DNA of 64,000 bases from a candidate division WOR-3 bacterium. GTDB taxonomy: Bacteria; Hydrothermota; Hydrothermia; LBFQ01. Position 1 is the first letter of the stretch. Every line of letters starts with the position of its first letter. The translations under genes were made by a program, and so were the position numbers. The stretch is taken from NCBI GenBank assembly GCA_039802605.1, contig JBDRWW010000001.1, positions 128,001 through 192,000 of the forward strand, in the 5' to 3' direction. Below the pieces are notes generated by a model. That model was not told where the DNA came from. It ran no database searches and saw nothing but the letters and a program-made list of their open reading frames with translations. This document shows positions 56,164 to 64,000 of the stretch, in pieces.

Positions 56164-56954
56164 GGCCATTTTAGACCTTCAAAACCGTTGCCGTTTAATC
56201 CAAATATTGAAGAACCCGAACCACTCATAACCGCAACCCAACCGTTTTTTATAAGTGTATGTTTTATACTTTTCAATTCCGGAAACCTTTCAAATACCAC
56301 GTCCTCAAAATCGTTTTCAAACTCCGGAACTTTTCCCATTTTTAAAGATTTCATCATCTCGTTTAGTTTTTCCTCTGCGACCTTTTCATCCGTAAAAATC
56401 CCCCTTTCGCTTACAAGGCTATACGCCAGCTTTGTGGGAACCGGAAAAGATGGAAATACCAAAATCCACCTACCCTTAATATCAAAATCCAAGGGTTCCA
56501 ATATCTCCCCTATTCCCCTGCCAACCGCCGCCCTTTGAGGTAATAGGAAAAATGGTACATCCGCCCCAACTTTTAAGGCTACCTTCGTTAGTTCGTCTAT
56601 ACCCAAGCCCAGTTTAAAAATTACATTTGCCGCCTTTAAAACCGCCGCGGCATCGCTTGAACCCCCTCCCAACCCACCGCCAACGGGAATCCTCTTCTTT
56701 ATCCTAACCTTCAAACATATGTTTTGGCCAACAAATTCGCTTAGATATTTAAGGGCTTTATAAACCGTATTCGTTGAAGTACTCTTTATCCCCTCACACT
56801 TAACCAAGGACTTATCCCACTCCTCCACCCAAATCTCATCGCACAGGGGTATTTTGTAAAAAAGTGTTAGGATTTTGTGATAGCCCGAAGGTAGTTTCCC
56901 GGTTATCCACAAACCCAAATTTACCTTTGCGGGAGCGGGTATCCTTACCTGCAA
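56136..56954 (-). CDS. ispE: 4-diphosphocytidyl-2-C-methyl-D-erythritol kinase
   Basis: APAKVNLGL, PVGGGLGGGSSDAA, GADVPFF, MSGSGS. Confidence 0.96.
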   Translation of the reverse strand: MQVRIPAPAKVNLGLWITGKLPSGYHKILTLFYKIPLCDEIWVEEWDKSLVKCEGIKSTSTNTVYKALKYLSEFVGQNICLKVRIKKRIPVGGGLGGGSSDAAAVLKAANVIFKLGLGIDELTKVALKVGADVPFFLLPQRAAVGRGIGEILEPLDFDIKGRWILVFPSFPVPTKLAYSLVSERGIFTDEKVAEEKLNEMMKSLKMGKVPEFENDFEDVVFERFPELKSIKHTLIKNGWVAVMSGSGSSIFGLNGNGFEGLKWPYKIWFWEE

Positions 56955-56961
56955 CTTTGAA

Positions 56962-57345
56962 TTATAAAGGTGTATTACCCCCTTCCAAAACCCTTAAACG
57001 CAAAACCATCCATATCAAGGGAATACCAACAATGATTACCAAAAATATGGCTATTATGTTTCCCGATATAAATGCCATAAAAAGCCCTCCCAAAACCCCC
57101 AATATGGAAAAAGTTAGAGCAATCCTTTTAACCCTTTTTGGGACAGCCTTGTACTTCTCCCAAATTTTTATTTGTTCGCCCACATACGGTATTGATAAAA
57201 GGAGATTGTAAAGGGTTTTTGAACTGCGGGCAAAGAAGTAAGCGGCGATTATAAAAAATACCGTGGAAGGCATTACGGGTAAAATGGCACCTATGATGCC
57301 CAACAAAACAAAGAATATACCGAGGAATATGTATAAAACCCTCAA
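56962..57345 (-). CDS. YbaN/DUF454 membrane protein
   Basis: LGIIGAILPVMPSTVF...FARSS. Confidence 0.9.
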   Translation of the reverse strand: MRVLYIFLGIFFVLLGIIGAILPVMPSTVFFIIAAYFFARSSKTLYNLLLSIPYVGEQIKIWEKYKAVPKRVKRIALTFSILGVLGGLFMAFISGNIIAIFLVIIVGIPLIWMVLRLRVLEGGNTPL

Positions 57346-58796
57346 AACTCCGAATAATCCTTATATAACTTCCAAACGCTTTTGACGGCGCAATTCTTTT
57401 GGGATACCATAGGCCTTTTTGCCTCGTATGTTGCGGCCAAACTTACCAAGTATTCGGGATATTCGGGAACAAATTGGAAATCCTTCGCAAAGTTTGTAGT
57501 ATATCTCCCAGAAACGAACGGCTCGCTTTCCAAAACCTTTATAAGGTAAGGTATATTCGTCCTTATACCGAATATCTTATACTCCTTTAACGCCCTTAAA
57601 AGCCTTTTACGGGCTTCTTCCCTCGTATTCCCGTATGCTATAACCTTTGAAAGTATCGGATCGTAGAATATGGGAACTTCATAACCCTCGTATATGCCGC
57701 TATCAACCCTTATAAATGGTCCGGAAGGCTCTTGCAAAAACTCAATCCTTCCGCTTGAAGGTGAAAAGTCTTCGTAAGGGTCTTCCGCGTTTATCCTGGC
57801 CTCTATGGCATAACCCCTGAATTCAACATCTTCAAGGTTTAGTTTATAGCCGAGGGCTACCTTTACCTGTAAGGCTACCAAATCTAAGGATGTGCGCATT
57901 TCGGTAACCGGGTGTTCAACCTGCAACCTTGCATTCATCTCCAAGAAATAAAACTTATTTCTATCCTCGTCGTATAAAAATTCTACGGTACCCGCATTTG
58001 TATATCCAATAGCCCTTGCAAATTCCTTTGCCGCCTCCATTATGTCTTTGCGGGTTTTCCCGTCTATAATTGGGGAAGGGGATTCCTCTATGAATTTTTG
58101 ATGCCTCCTCTGTAATGAGCACTCCCTCTCCCCCAAGGCATAAACATTCCCATACTTATCCGCTATTATTTGAACTTCAACATGATGGGGGTTTAAAACC
58201 AACCTTTCCAAATAAACCCTACCATCTCCGAAGGCGGATAATGCCTCCGCCGACGCTATGGGGAATAACTCCCTAAGTTCCTCCTCATTTCTAACCACCC
58301 TCATGCCCTTACCGCCACCGCCGGCGGCCGCTTTAATCATCAAGGGATAACCTATACCCCTTGCCAATTCAACGGCGACATTAATATCGTCAATGGAATC
58401 CGTACCCTCAAGCAATGGAATCCCAGATTTTGCGGCTATCCTCCTCGCCTCAACCTTATCCCCCGCCAACCTCATAGCTTCCGAATCTGGACCTATAAAT
58501 ATTATCCCGTGCTTTTCCACCTCATACGCAAATTCGGGTCTTTCGGAGAGAAAGCCGTATCCGGGATGTATCATATCTGCCCCGGATTTTCTGGCAGCCC
58601 ATATTATCTTTCCTATGTCCAAATAACTGGTATTTGGCGTATCCCCACCTATTTCAACGGCATAATCCGCGTTTATAACATGCAATGCCTTTCTATCGGG
58701 TTCAGAAAATACCGCCACCGATTCAAAACCCAGATCCCTTAAAGTCCTCTCCACCCTAACCGCAATTTCACCCCTGTTTGCTATTAAAACCCTCAT
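57342..58796 (-). CDS. accC: Biotin carboxylase subunit
   Basis: IANRGEIA, HPGYGFLSE, GGGGKGMR, RECSLQRRHQK, EMNARLQVEHPVTE. Confidence 0.93.
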   Translation of the reverse strand: MRVLIANRGEIAVRVERTLRDLGFESVAVFSEPDRKALHVINADYAVEIGGDTPNTSYLDIGKIIWAARKSGADMIHPGYGFLSERPEFAYEVEKHGIIFIGPDSEAMRLAGDKVEARRIAAKSGIPLLEGTDSIDDINVAVELARGIGYPLMIKAAAGGGGKGMRVVRNEEELRELFPIASAEALSAFGDGRVYLERLVLNPHHVEVQIIADKYGNVYALGERECSLQRRHQKFIEESPSPIIDGKTRKDIMEAAKEFARAIGYTNAGTVEFLYDEDRNKFYFLEMNARLQVEHPVTEMRTSLDLVALQVKVALGYKLNLEDVEFRGYAIEARINAEDPYEDFSPSSGRIEFLQEPSGPFIRVDSGIYEGYEVPIFYDPILSKVIAYGNTREEARKRLLRALKEYKIFGIRTNIPYLIKVLESEPFVSGRYTTNFAKDFQFVPEYPEYLVSLAATYEAKRPMVSQKNCAVKSVWKLYKDYSEF

Positions 58797-58849
58797 AAGG
58801 CGTGTATTTTATCGTGGTTTAATATCTTTCAAGTTTATAATCCCTAGCC

Positions 58850-59782
58850 ATGATATGGATGGTTTTGTTGCAAGTTGAAGAGGATCCTTATAAACCCGAC
58901 TCTTTAAACATGCGCATAGCGAAAAGTTTAAAACTCCCAACCCCTTGCTTTGGTATAACTATATCTGGAAAATACGCCTATCTATCCTCTTTGAGGAAAA
59001 TTTATGTGGTTGATATAAGTAAACCGGATAGTTTATATTTGGCCGCCACAATACCCACAACCAATATACCCTTAGGTTTAGCGGTTTATAAAAACTATCT
59101 CTATGTCGGGCACGGTTATAAGGGTTTATCCGTTTTTAATATATCCGATCCAAACATAGCATCCGAGATATATACGCTGCCCATGCCGGATACGACTATG
59201 GAGGTTAAAATGGTTGGAAATTATTTATATTTAACGCTGGGGGATTCCGGTTTTGCAATTGTTAGTATATCAAACCCTTCAAAGCCGCAACTGGTTAGTA
59301 TAACGAAAAGTCAGGGTTTTGTAAGGGGTATAACGGTTAAAGGTAATTACGCTTATGTTGCAGCAGGAAGGGAAGGGTTAAAGGTTTATAACATTGCCAA
59401 TCCCCAAAAACCCCGCCTTGTGGGGAGCTTCAAAACCGACGGATTTGCAATAGGTGTGGACGTTGAAGGGGGATTCGCATATGTCACTTTGGGTAGGAAG
59501 GGTATAGATATACTTGATGTTTCAAATCCCGAAAACATAAAGGAATTTAGATTGGCAAAAGGTCCGGGGGATGCATTAAACGCTAGGACTATAAACGGTT
59601 TGATATATGTGGCATTTGGATACGGTGGGGTTAGCGTTGTGGATCCAATAAACAAGGTGGAGGTTGCGAGGTATAAACCTCCAAAATATAGGGGTGATTA
59701 TGTTTTTGATATAGTTGTTCAGGATAAGTATGTTTTTGCGGCTTCAAGGAATGGGATGGTGGTATATGAAATTCTAAGATGA
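58850..59782 (+). CDS. LVIVD-repeat beta-propeller protein
   Basis: Repeated G(N/K)YAY(V/L)...(V/I)(D/N)ISxP units. Confidence 0.88.
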   Translation: MIWMVLLQVEEDPYKPDSLNMRIAKSLKLPTPCFGITISGKYAYLSSLRKIYVVDISKPDSLYLAATIPTTNIPLGLAVYKNYLYVGHGYKGLSVFNISDPNIASEIYTLPMPDTTMEVKMVGNYLYLTLGDSGFAIVSISNPSKPQLVSITKSQGFVRGITVKGNYAYVAAGREGLKVYNIANPQKPRLVGSFKTDGFAIGVDVEGGFAYVTLGRKGIDILDVSNPENIKEFRLAKGPGDALNARTINGLIYVAFGYGGVSVVDPINKVEVARYKPPKYRGDYVFDIVVQDKYVFAASRNGMVVYEILR

Positions 59783-60627
59783 AACCAAAGGTTTCGGTAA
59801 TAATTCCAACTTATAACAGGCCAAAGGAATTGGAGAAAGCCGTAAAGAGCGTTTTGGAAAACGGGTATGAAAATGTTGAGGTTTTAATCGGATATGATGG
59901 AGAAGCGTATGGGGAGTTTAAAGACAATAGGGTTAAAACCTTTGTATTTGAGCATACGGGAAACCCGAGTTATGTAAGGAACAGATTGGCGGAATTATCA
60001 ACGGGTGATTTTATAACCTTCCTTGACGACGACGATATATACCTCTATGGGAAAATAGAAAGGCAGGTGGATGTTTTGAGGAAAGGGGATTATGATGCCA
60101 CCTTTTGCAATGTTTTGGTTTTTGATAACGAGAAAGGGGAATTTTTTGGATTGGCCTATAAAAATAAAACGATAAAATTGGAAAATTTTTTATACATACA
60201 CGCGAAGTTTGGGGTATTGGTTTTCGTAGGGGCTTGGATGTTAAAGCGGGATTTTTTTAACAGAATAGGGGGATTTAATGAGGATTTAAAATTTGTTGAG
60301 GATTGGGAATTTGGGGTTAGGGTTTTTTTAAACGGTAAGGTTTTATTTGATAATTTTACGGGGGTTATACATTATATGTACCGTCCGGATAGTTTGAATG
60401 TAAGGGAGGGAAGACCCGAGAATTTCTTAAAGGCGGCATTAGAAGTTTCCAAATTATTAAAAGGTTTTGAAAAGAGGAAGTTTTTAGGGTATGCTTACGG
60501 CGTAGCCTCTTATAAATCTTCAAGGGTTGGTAAAAAAGAGGAGTCCTTAAAGTATTCAATTATAGGGTTATCTTACTTTCCCAATATCTTTTCCCTTCGC
60601 GGAATGATAAGGGCAATACTCCGATAA
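59779..60627 (+). CDS. GT2 glycosyltransferase
   Basis: VSVIIPTYNR, FLDDDD, GGFNEDL..EDWE. Confidence 0.9.
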   Translation: MKPKVSVIIPTYNRPKELEKAVKSVLENGYENVEVLIGYDGEAYGEFKDNRVKTFVFEHTGNPSYVRNRLAELSTGDFITFLDDDDIYLYGKIERQVDVLRKGDYDATFCNVLVFDNEKGEFFGLAYKNKTIKLENFLYIHAKFGVLVFVGAWMLKRDFFNRIGGFNEDLKFVEDWEFGVRVFLNGKVLFDNFTGVIHYMYRPDSLNVREGRPENFLKAALEVSKLLKGFEKRKFLGYAYGVASYKSSRVGKKEESLKYSIIGLSYFPNIFSLRGMIRAILR

Positions 60628-61260
60628 TGGGCATATTTCACACTTTGGATTTTTCGGCTTACATATCGCCTGTCCAAAGGCTACCAAGAGTTTATTAACA
60701 ACCGACCATTTTTCCTTTGGAAGGTTTTCCATCAGGAACTTTTCAACATCCTCAGGTTTTTTTGCGCTTTCTAGGAGCTTCCACCTATCTTTAATTATTC
60801 TGAAAACATGTGTATCAACCGCTATTGCCGGTTTTCCGAAGGCTACGGATAAAACTATATTGGCAACTTTCCTACCAACACCCCTGAACTTTAACAATTC
60901 ATCCAAACTGTCCGGAACTTTGCCGTTATACCCTTTAACGATTTTTTCGGCCGCCAATTTTATGTTCCTGGCCTTCTGCTTGTATAATCCGAGGGGTTTC
61001 AAAATACCTTCAATTTCGCTTAATTTCATACGGGCCAGATGATAGGGTGTAGGAGCCCTTTTAAACAATTCCTGGGCGACCCTATATGTTAATTCGTCCT
61101 TTACCCTTGGGGAAAGCATGGTGGTTATAAGCGCCCTATAAGGGTCTTTACCCTTAACCCTATGCATAAGTTTTATAGGAGCATCCCTTTCGGAAAGGGA
61201 AGGGTATAAGTCTTCCAAAACGCTCAAAAATTTTAAGAGTTTTTCAGAAGATTTTGACAT
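60568..61260 (-). CDS. nth: Endonuclease III
   Basis: HhH GVGRKVAN, AVDTHV, C-x6-C-x2-C-x5-C FeS motif. Confidence 0.95.
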   Translation of the reverse strand: MSKSSEKLLKFLSVLEDLYPSLSERDAPIKLMHRVKGKDPYRALITTMLSPRVKDELTYRVAQELFKRAPTPYHLARMKLSEIEGILKPLGLYKQKARNIKLAAEKIVKGYNGKVPDSLDELLKFRGVGRKVANIVLSVAFGKPAIAVDTHVFRIIKDRWKLLESAKKPEDVEKFLMENLPKEKWSVVNKLLVAFGQAICKPKNPKCEICPLSEYCPYHSAKGKDIGKVR

Positions 61261-62035
61261 TAAGGTTTATGTATTTTGTGGGGTTTTTCCTTATATCCTC
61301 AACCAATTCTTTTAATTGCCTTACCGTTGTGTTTAATTCTATGTATAGGGAATCGTCGGTTAATAGTTTTTGGACCGTTCCATCCGAGGATACCAACGAA
61401 TCCAACTTTTCGGCCGTTTCATCCACCTTATTCGCCGTTTGCATCAGTTGATAATAAATAACTTCAACCCTTTTGTCGGTATTGTTTACGGTATTTTTAA
61501 GGGATGACGCCAATTCCCTTAAATCCCCCGATATCGATCTAAGTTCATCCTTAGCGGAGATCACCAATTCGTTTGTATTGGTCAAAAGTATGGATGTTTT
61601 CCTTGATACACTATCTACATTTTGAAGGATTGAATTCACCGCAAACATGAAATCCGTGAAGGTTGGGGTATCCTCACCTTTAATTAGAGCATTTTCCGGC
61701 AAAAATTCCCCCCTACCCTGATATATGGAAAGCCTCCTACCACCTATGAAACCCTCGTTTTCAACCCTTGCATAGGCCCCCTCCCTGAGCTTTATATCCT
61801 CCAAATAAAAATGCACAACCACACTATCGGTGAATATCTGGATGAACTTAACCTTACCCTTTACCACACCATTTACGCTTACCGGATCACCATTACCCAA
61901 CCAACTTGCAGATTTAAGGGAAGCCCTGTAATCGTACCGTTTTTTGAGGGAAAAGGTGTCTCTTATCCAAAAAACCCCAAATATAAAAAGTGTCAAGAAG
62001 AGTATAAAGAATATCCCTACCTTTACCTTATACAT
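61244..62035 (-). CDS. MlaD/MCE family protein
   Basis: N-terminal TM, LGNGDPVSVNGVVKGKV, helical tail ending DIRKNPTKY. Confidence 0.88.
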   Translation of the reverse strand: MYKVKVGIFFILFLTLFIFGVFWIRDTFSLKKRYDYRASLKSASWLGNGDPVSVNGVVKGKVKFIQIFTDSVVVHFYLEDIKLREGAYARVENEGFIGGRRLSIYQGRGEFLPENALIKGEDTPTFTDFMFAVNSILQNVDSVSRKTSILLTNTNELVISAKDELRSISGDLRELASSLKNTVNNTDKRVEVIYYQLMQTANKVDETAEKLDSLVSSDGTVQKLLTDDSLYIELNTTVRQLKELVEDIRKNPTKYINLNVKIF

Positions 62036-62678
62036 TTACACCCATAGATTTTTTCCAATCGGAAATGAATTTCTCAAGCCCTATATCCGTCAACGGGTGC
62101 TTTATCAACTTCCATATAACCTCCGGGGGTACGGTTGCAATGTGGGCTCCCGCCAATGCGGCCTCAACGAAATGAAGGGGATGTCTTATACTGGCGGCAA
62201 TGATTTGGGTCTCTATACCATGAAGTGTAAAGATTTGTGAAACCTGTTTGATCAAATCTATCCCGTAGTATCCTATGTCATCTATCCTACCTATAAAGGG
62301 TGATACGAAATCGGCGCCGGCTCTGGCGGCCAAAAGGGCTTGAGATGGGGAAAATATAAGGGTCATATTAACCCTAACTCCCTTCTCTTTTAAACCCTGT
62401 AAGGCTATTAAACCCTCTTGGGTCATAGGGAGCTTAACAACTATGTTTGGGTGTATGGAGGCGTATTCCAACCCTTCCTTTATCATAGATTCGGCATCTT
62501 CCGAGACCACTTCCGCCGAAACATGCTCAACCAATTGTGCCAACTCGTAATAAACCTCTTTCGGTTCTTTGCCCGTCTTTGATAAAAGCGTGGGATTTGT
62601 CGTTACACCGGAAACAAACCCCAACTTAACGATCCTCCTTATCTCGTCTATATCGGCACTATCAATAAAAACCTTCAT
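62028..62678 (-). CDS. tal: Transaldolase (Fsa/TalC-type)
   Basis: GVTTNP, VVKLP, NMTLIFS, VSPFIGRIDD, ASIRHP. Confidence 0.93.
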   Translation of the reverse strand: MKVFIDSADIDEIRRIVKLGFVSGVTTNPTLLSKTGKEPKEVYYELAQLVEHVSAEVVSEDAESMIKEGLEYASIHPNIVVKLPMTQEGLIALQGLKEKGVRVNMTLIFSPSQALLAARAGADFVSPFIGRIDDIGYYGIDLIKQVSQIFTLHGIETQIIAASIRHPLHFVEAALAGAHIATVPPEVIWKLIKHPLTDIGLEKFISDWKKSMGVNV

Positions 62679-62746
62679 CAAGCGTGTATTTTAAAGGCGA
62701 AAATATTCCCAAACAAAATATTAATTCACCCTTAAAATTTTTGCCT

Positions 62747-64000
62747 ATGGTTTGGATGGTGGGATTAACATGGGTACCTTTAAGTATAAATGGGGGAAAT
62801 GTTAGGGTTTATTCCTTTGGGGATACCCTGGCCGCCGTGGGTATAACATCAATATGGGTATCGTACAACAGGGGTAATTCTTGGAACCTCGCATATTGGG
62901 GGGATATTAATTCATGCTGTGTTAAGGCATATACCACATCCTCCAAAAAGTTGTTTTTCGCAAACGGAAATGTGGTGTATGAATTGAATTTAAACACCCT
63001 AACAACCAATACATTCCCATTACCTTATGGAGTGGTGGGTATGGTTGGGGAACCGCATCCCAACCCATCCTTTTACCCCCTTTACATATTCACATCAACA
63101 TTCGCTTTGGATTCAATAATAGTTTTCAAATCAACGGACGGCGGGGCCTCTTGGAGTGAAGTTTCAAGGTTTTTTGTTGGGTATAATACGAGGTTTTTGA
63201 ACGCATCGTCGAAAGGTTCTTCGGTTTTTATGGTTTTATATACCGCAAATCCAACGGATTCCACGCTGAAATTTTACCTTTCAAACAATGGGGGGTTGAG
63301 TTGGAGTTTGGTATATACCCTTCCCGCAACTTCCGGAAATTATCAGAATGTTTATTCCACGGATGTTTTATCGGGTAAATTGTTATTCACCGTACTCAGG
63401 TCATCATTTCCACAAAAGGGTTTCCTTTATATATCAAGGGATGGGGGTTTAACATGGAATGCCGTGGATTCATCCGATAGTTGGGGATTTGCAAAGTTTA
63501 TAAATGACAGTTTAATAATAGGTTTTAGGCCTTTTGCCGTATCCAAAAACTGGATTGTTTTCAACATAAATACCAACTCCTATACCGTTATTGATACTTT
63601 TGACATACCTAGGAATCACGATTTAACGCCCTATGGTTGGGTTTTCGGATTGGCCTCAAACGGCGTTAGGCTAGCCCCGGATGTTTTAAACCCATCCACT
63701 TGGAGTTTGCTAAACAACGGTTTAAGGGCTTACGCCGTTGGAAGGAATGCTATATCAATAAACGGAAGTAATATCCTAATCGTTGATGTTACTGGAAATC
63801 GTATTTTCCTATCAAACGACAACGGAGCCACTTGGAACATGGTTTATAACCCCATATTTGATTATACTTCGGGCGTTGGTGGGTTTAGTGTGGAGTTTTT
63901 CGGAACGAATAAGGCAATATCCTCCATAGTTAATGGCGGTGCCTATTCCGTATTAAGTACATCTTCTGATGGTGGGAATACTTGGACGCCTCTGATGTAT
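62747..64000 (+). CDS. BNR/Asp-box beta-propeller exported protein (runs off window end; not in ORF track)
   Basis: My translation: MVWMVGLTWVPLS..., Asp-boxes SYNRGNSW, STDGGASW, SNNGGLSW, SRDGGLTW, SNDNGATW, SSDGGNTW; TAAAAT 8 nt upstream. Confidence 0.85.
   Translation, partial: MVWMVGLTWVPLSINGGNVRVYSFGDTLAAVGITSIWVSYNRGNSWNLAYWGDINSCCVKAYTTSSKKLFFANGNVVYELNLNTLTTNTFPLPYGVVGMVGEPHPNPSFYPLYIFTSTFALDSIIVFKSTDGGASWSEVSRFFVGYNTRFLNASSKGSSVFMVLYTANPTDSTLKFYLSNNGGLSWSLVYTLPATSGNYQNVYSTDVLSGKLLFTVLRSSFPQKGFLYISRDGGLTWNAVDSSDSWGFAKFINDSLIIGFRPFAVSKNWIVFNINTNSYTVIDTFDIPRNHDLTPYGWVFGLASNGVRLAPDVLNPSTWSLLNNGLRAYAVGRNAISINGSNILIVDVTGNRIFLSNDNGATWNMVYNPIFDYTSGVGGFSVEFFGTNKAISSIVNGGAYSVLSTSSDGGNTWTPLMY

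Noticed and set aside
37850..56911. Perfect DnaA boxes at 37850-37858 and 56903-56911
   Set aside because: Isolated and intragenic; no cluster, so no oriC call

Overview
A gene-dense, AT-rich bacterial chromosomal segment of about 65 CDS, almost all housekeeping: dnaG (partial), recA, murB-ftsA-ftsZ-ftsX, hutU, gyrB, ligA, recJ-like, nusB, ptsH/ptsI, cmk, coaE, thiI, trxB, truncated glmU, rimP-nusA-infB, smpB, mutS, sod, dprA, ispE, accC, nth and tal. Several exported proteins carry T9SS/FlgD-like C-terminal domains. Glu/Lys-rich proteins, DUF1122, DUF3276 and these C-terminal domains suggest a thermophilic FCB-related diderm such as WOR-3; this taxonomy is inference. I found no rRNA, tRNA, CRISPR array or intact mobile element. 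The most unusual signals are: (1) NusA carries an inserted ~70-aa biotinyl/lipoyl-like domain; (2) about 30 genes have a TAnAAT -10 hexamer 6-12 nt before the start codon and no Shine-Dalgarno, pointing to leaderless or very-short-leader expression; (3) eight predicted exported proteins start with ultra-short uncharged hydrophobic N-termini instead of classical signal peptides; (4) a small protein ends in a 49-residue tail made only of Asp, Glu and Trp; (5) two intragenic parS-like sites and an IscR/Rrf2-like operator at sod; (6) divergent FtsA/FtsZ and a shortened PTS enzyme I. All calls come from reading the sequence and recognising motifs; no database searches were run.
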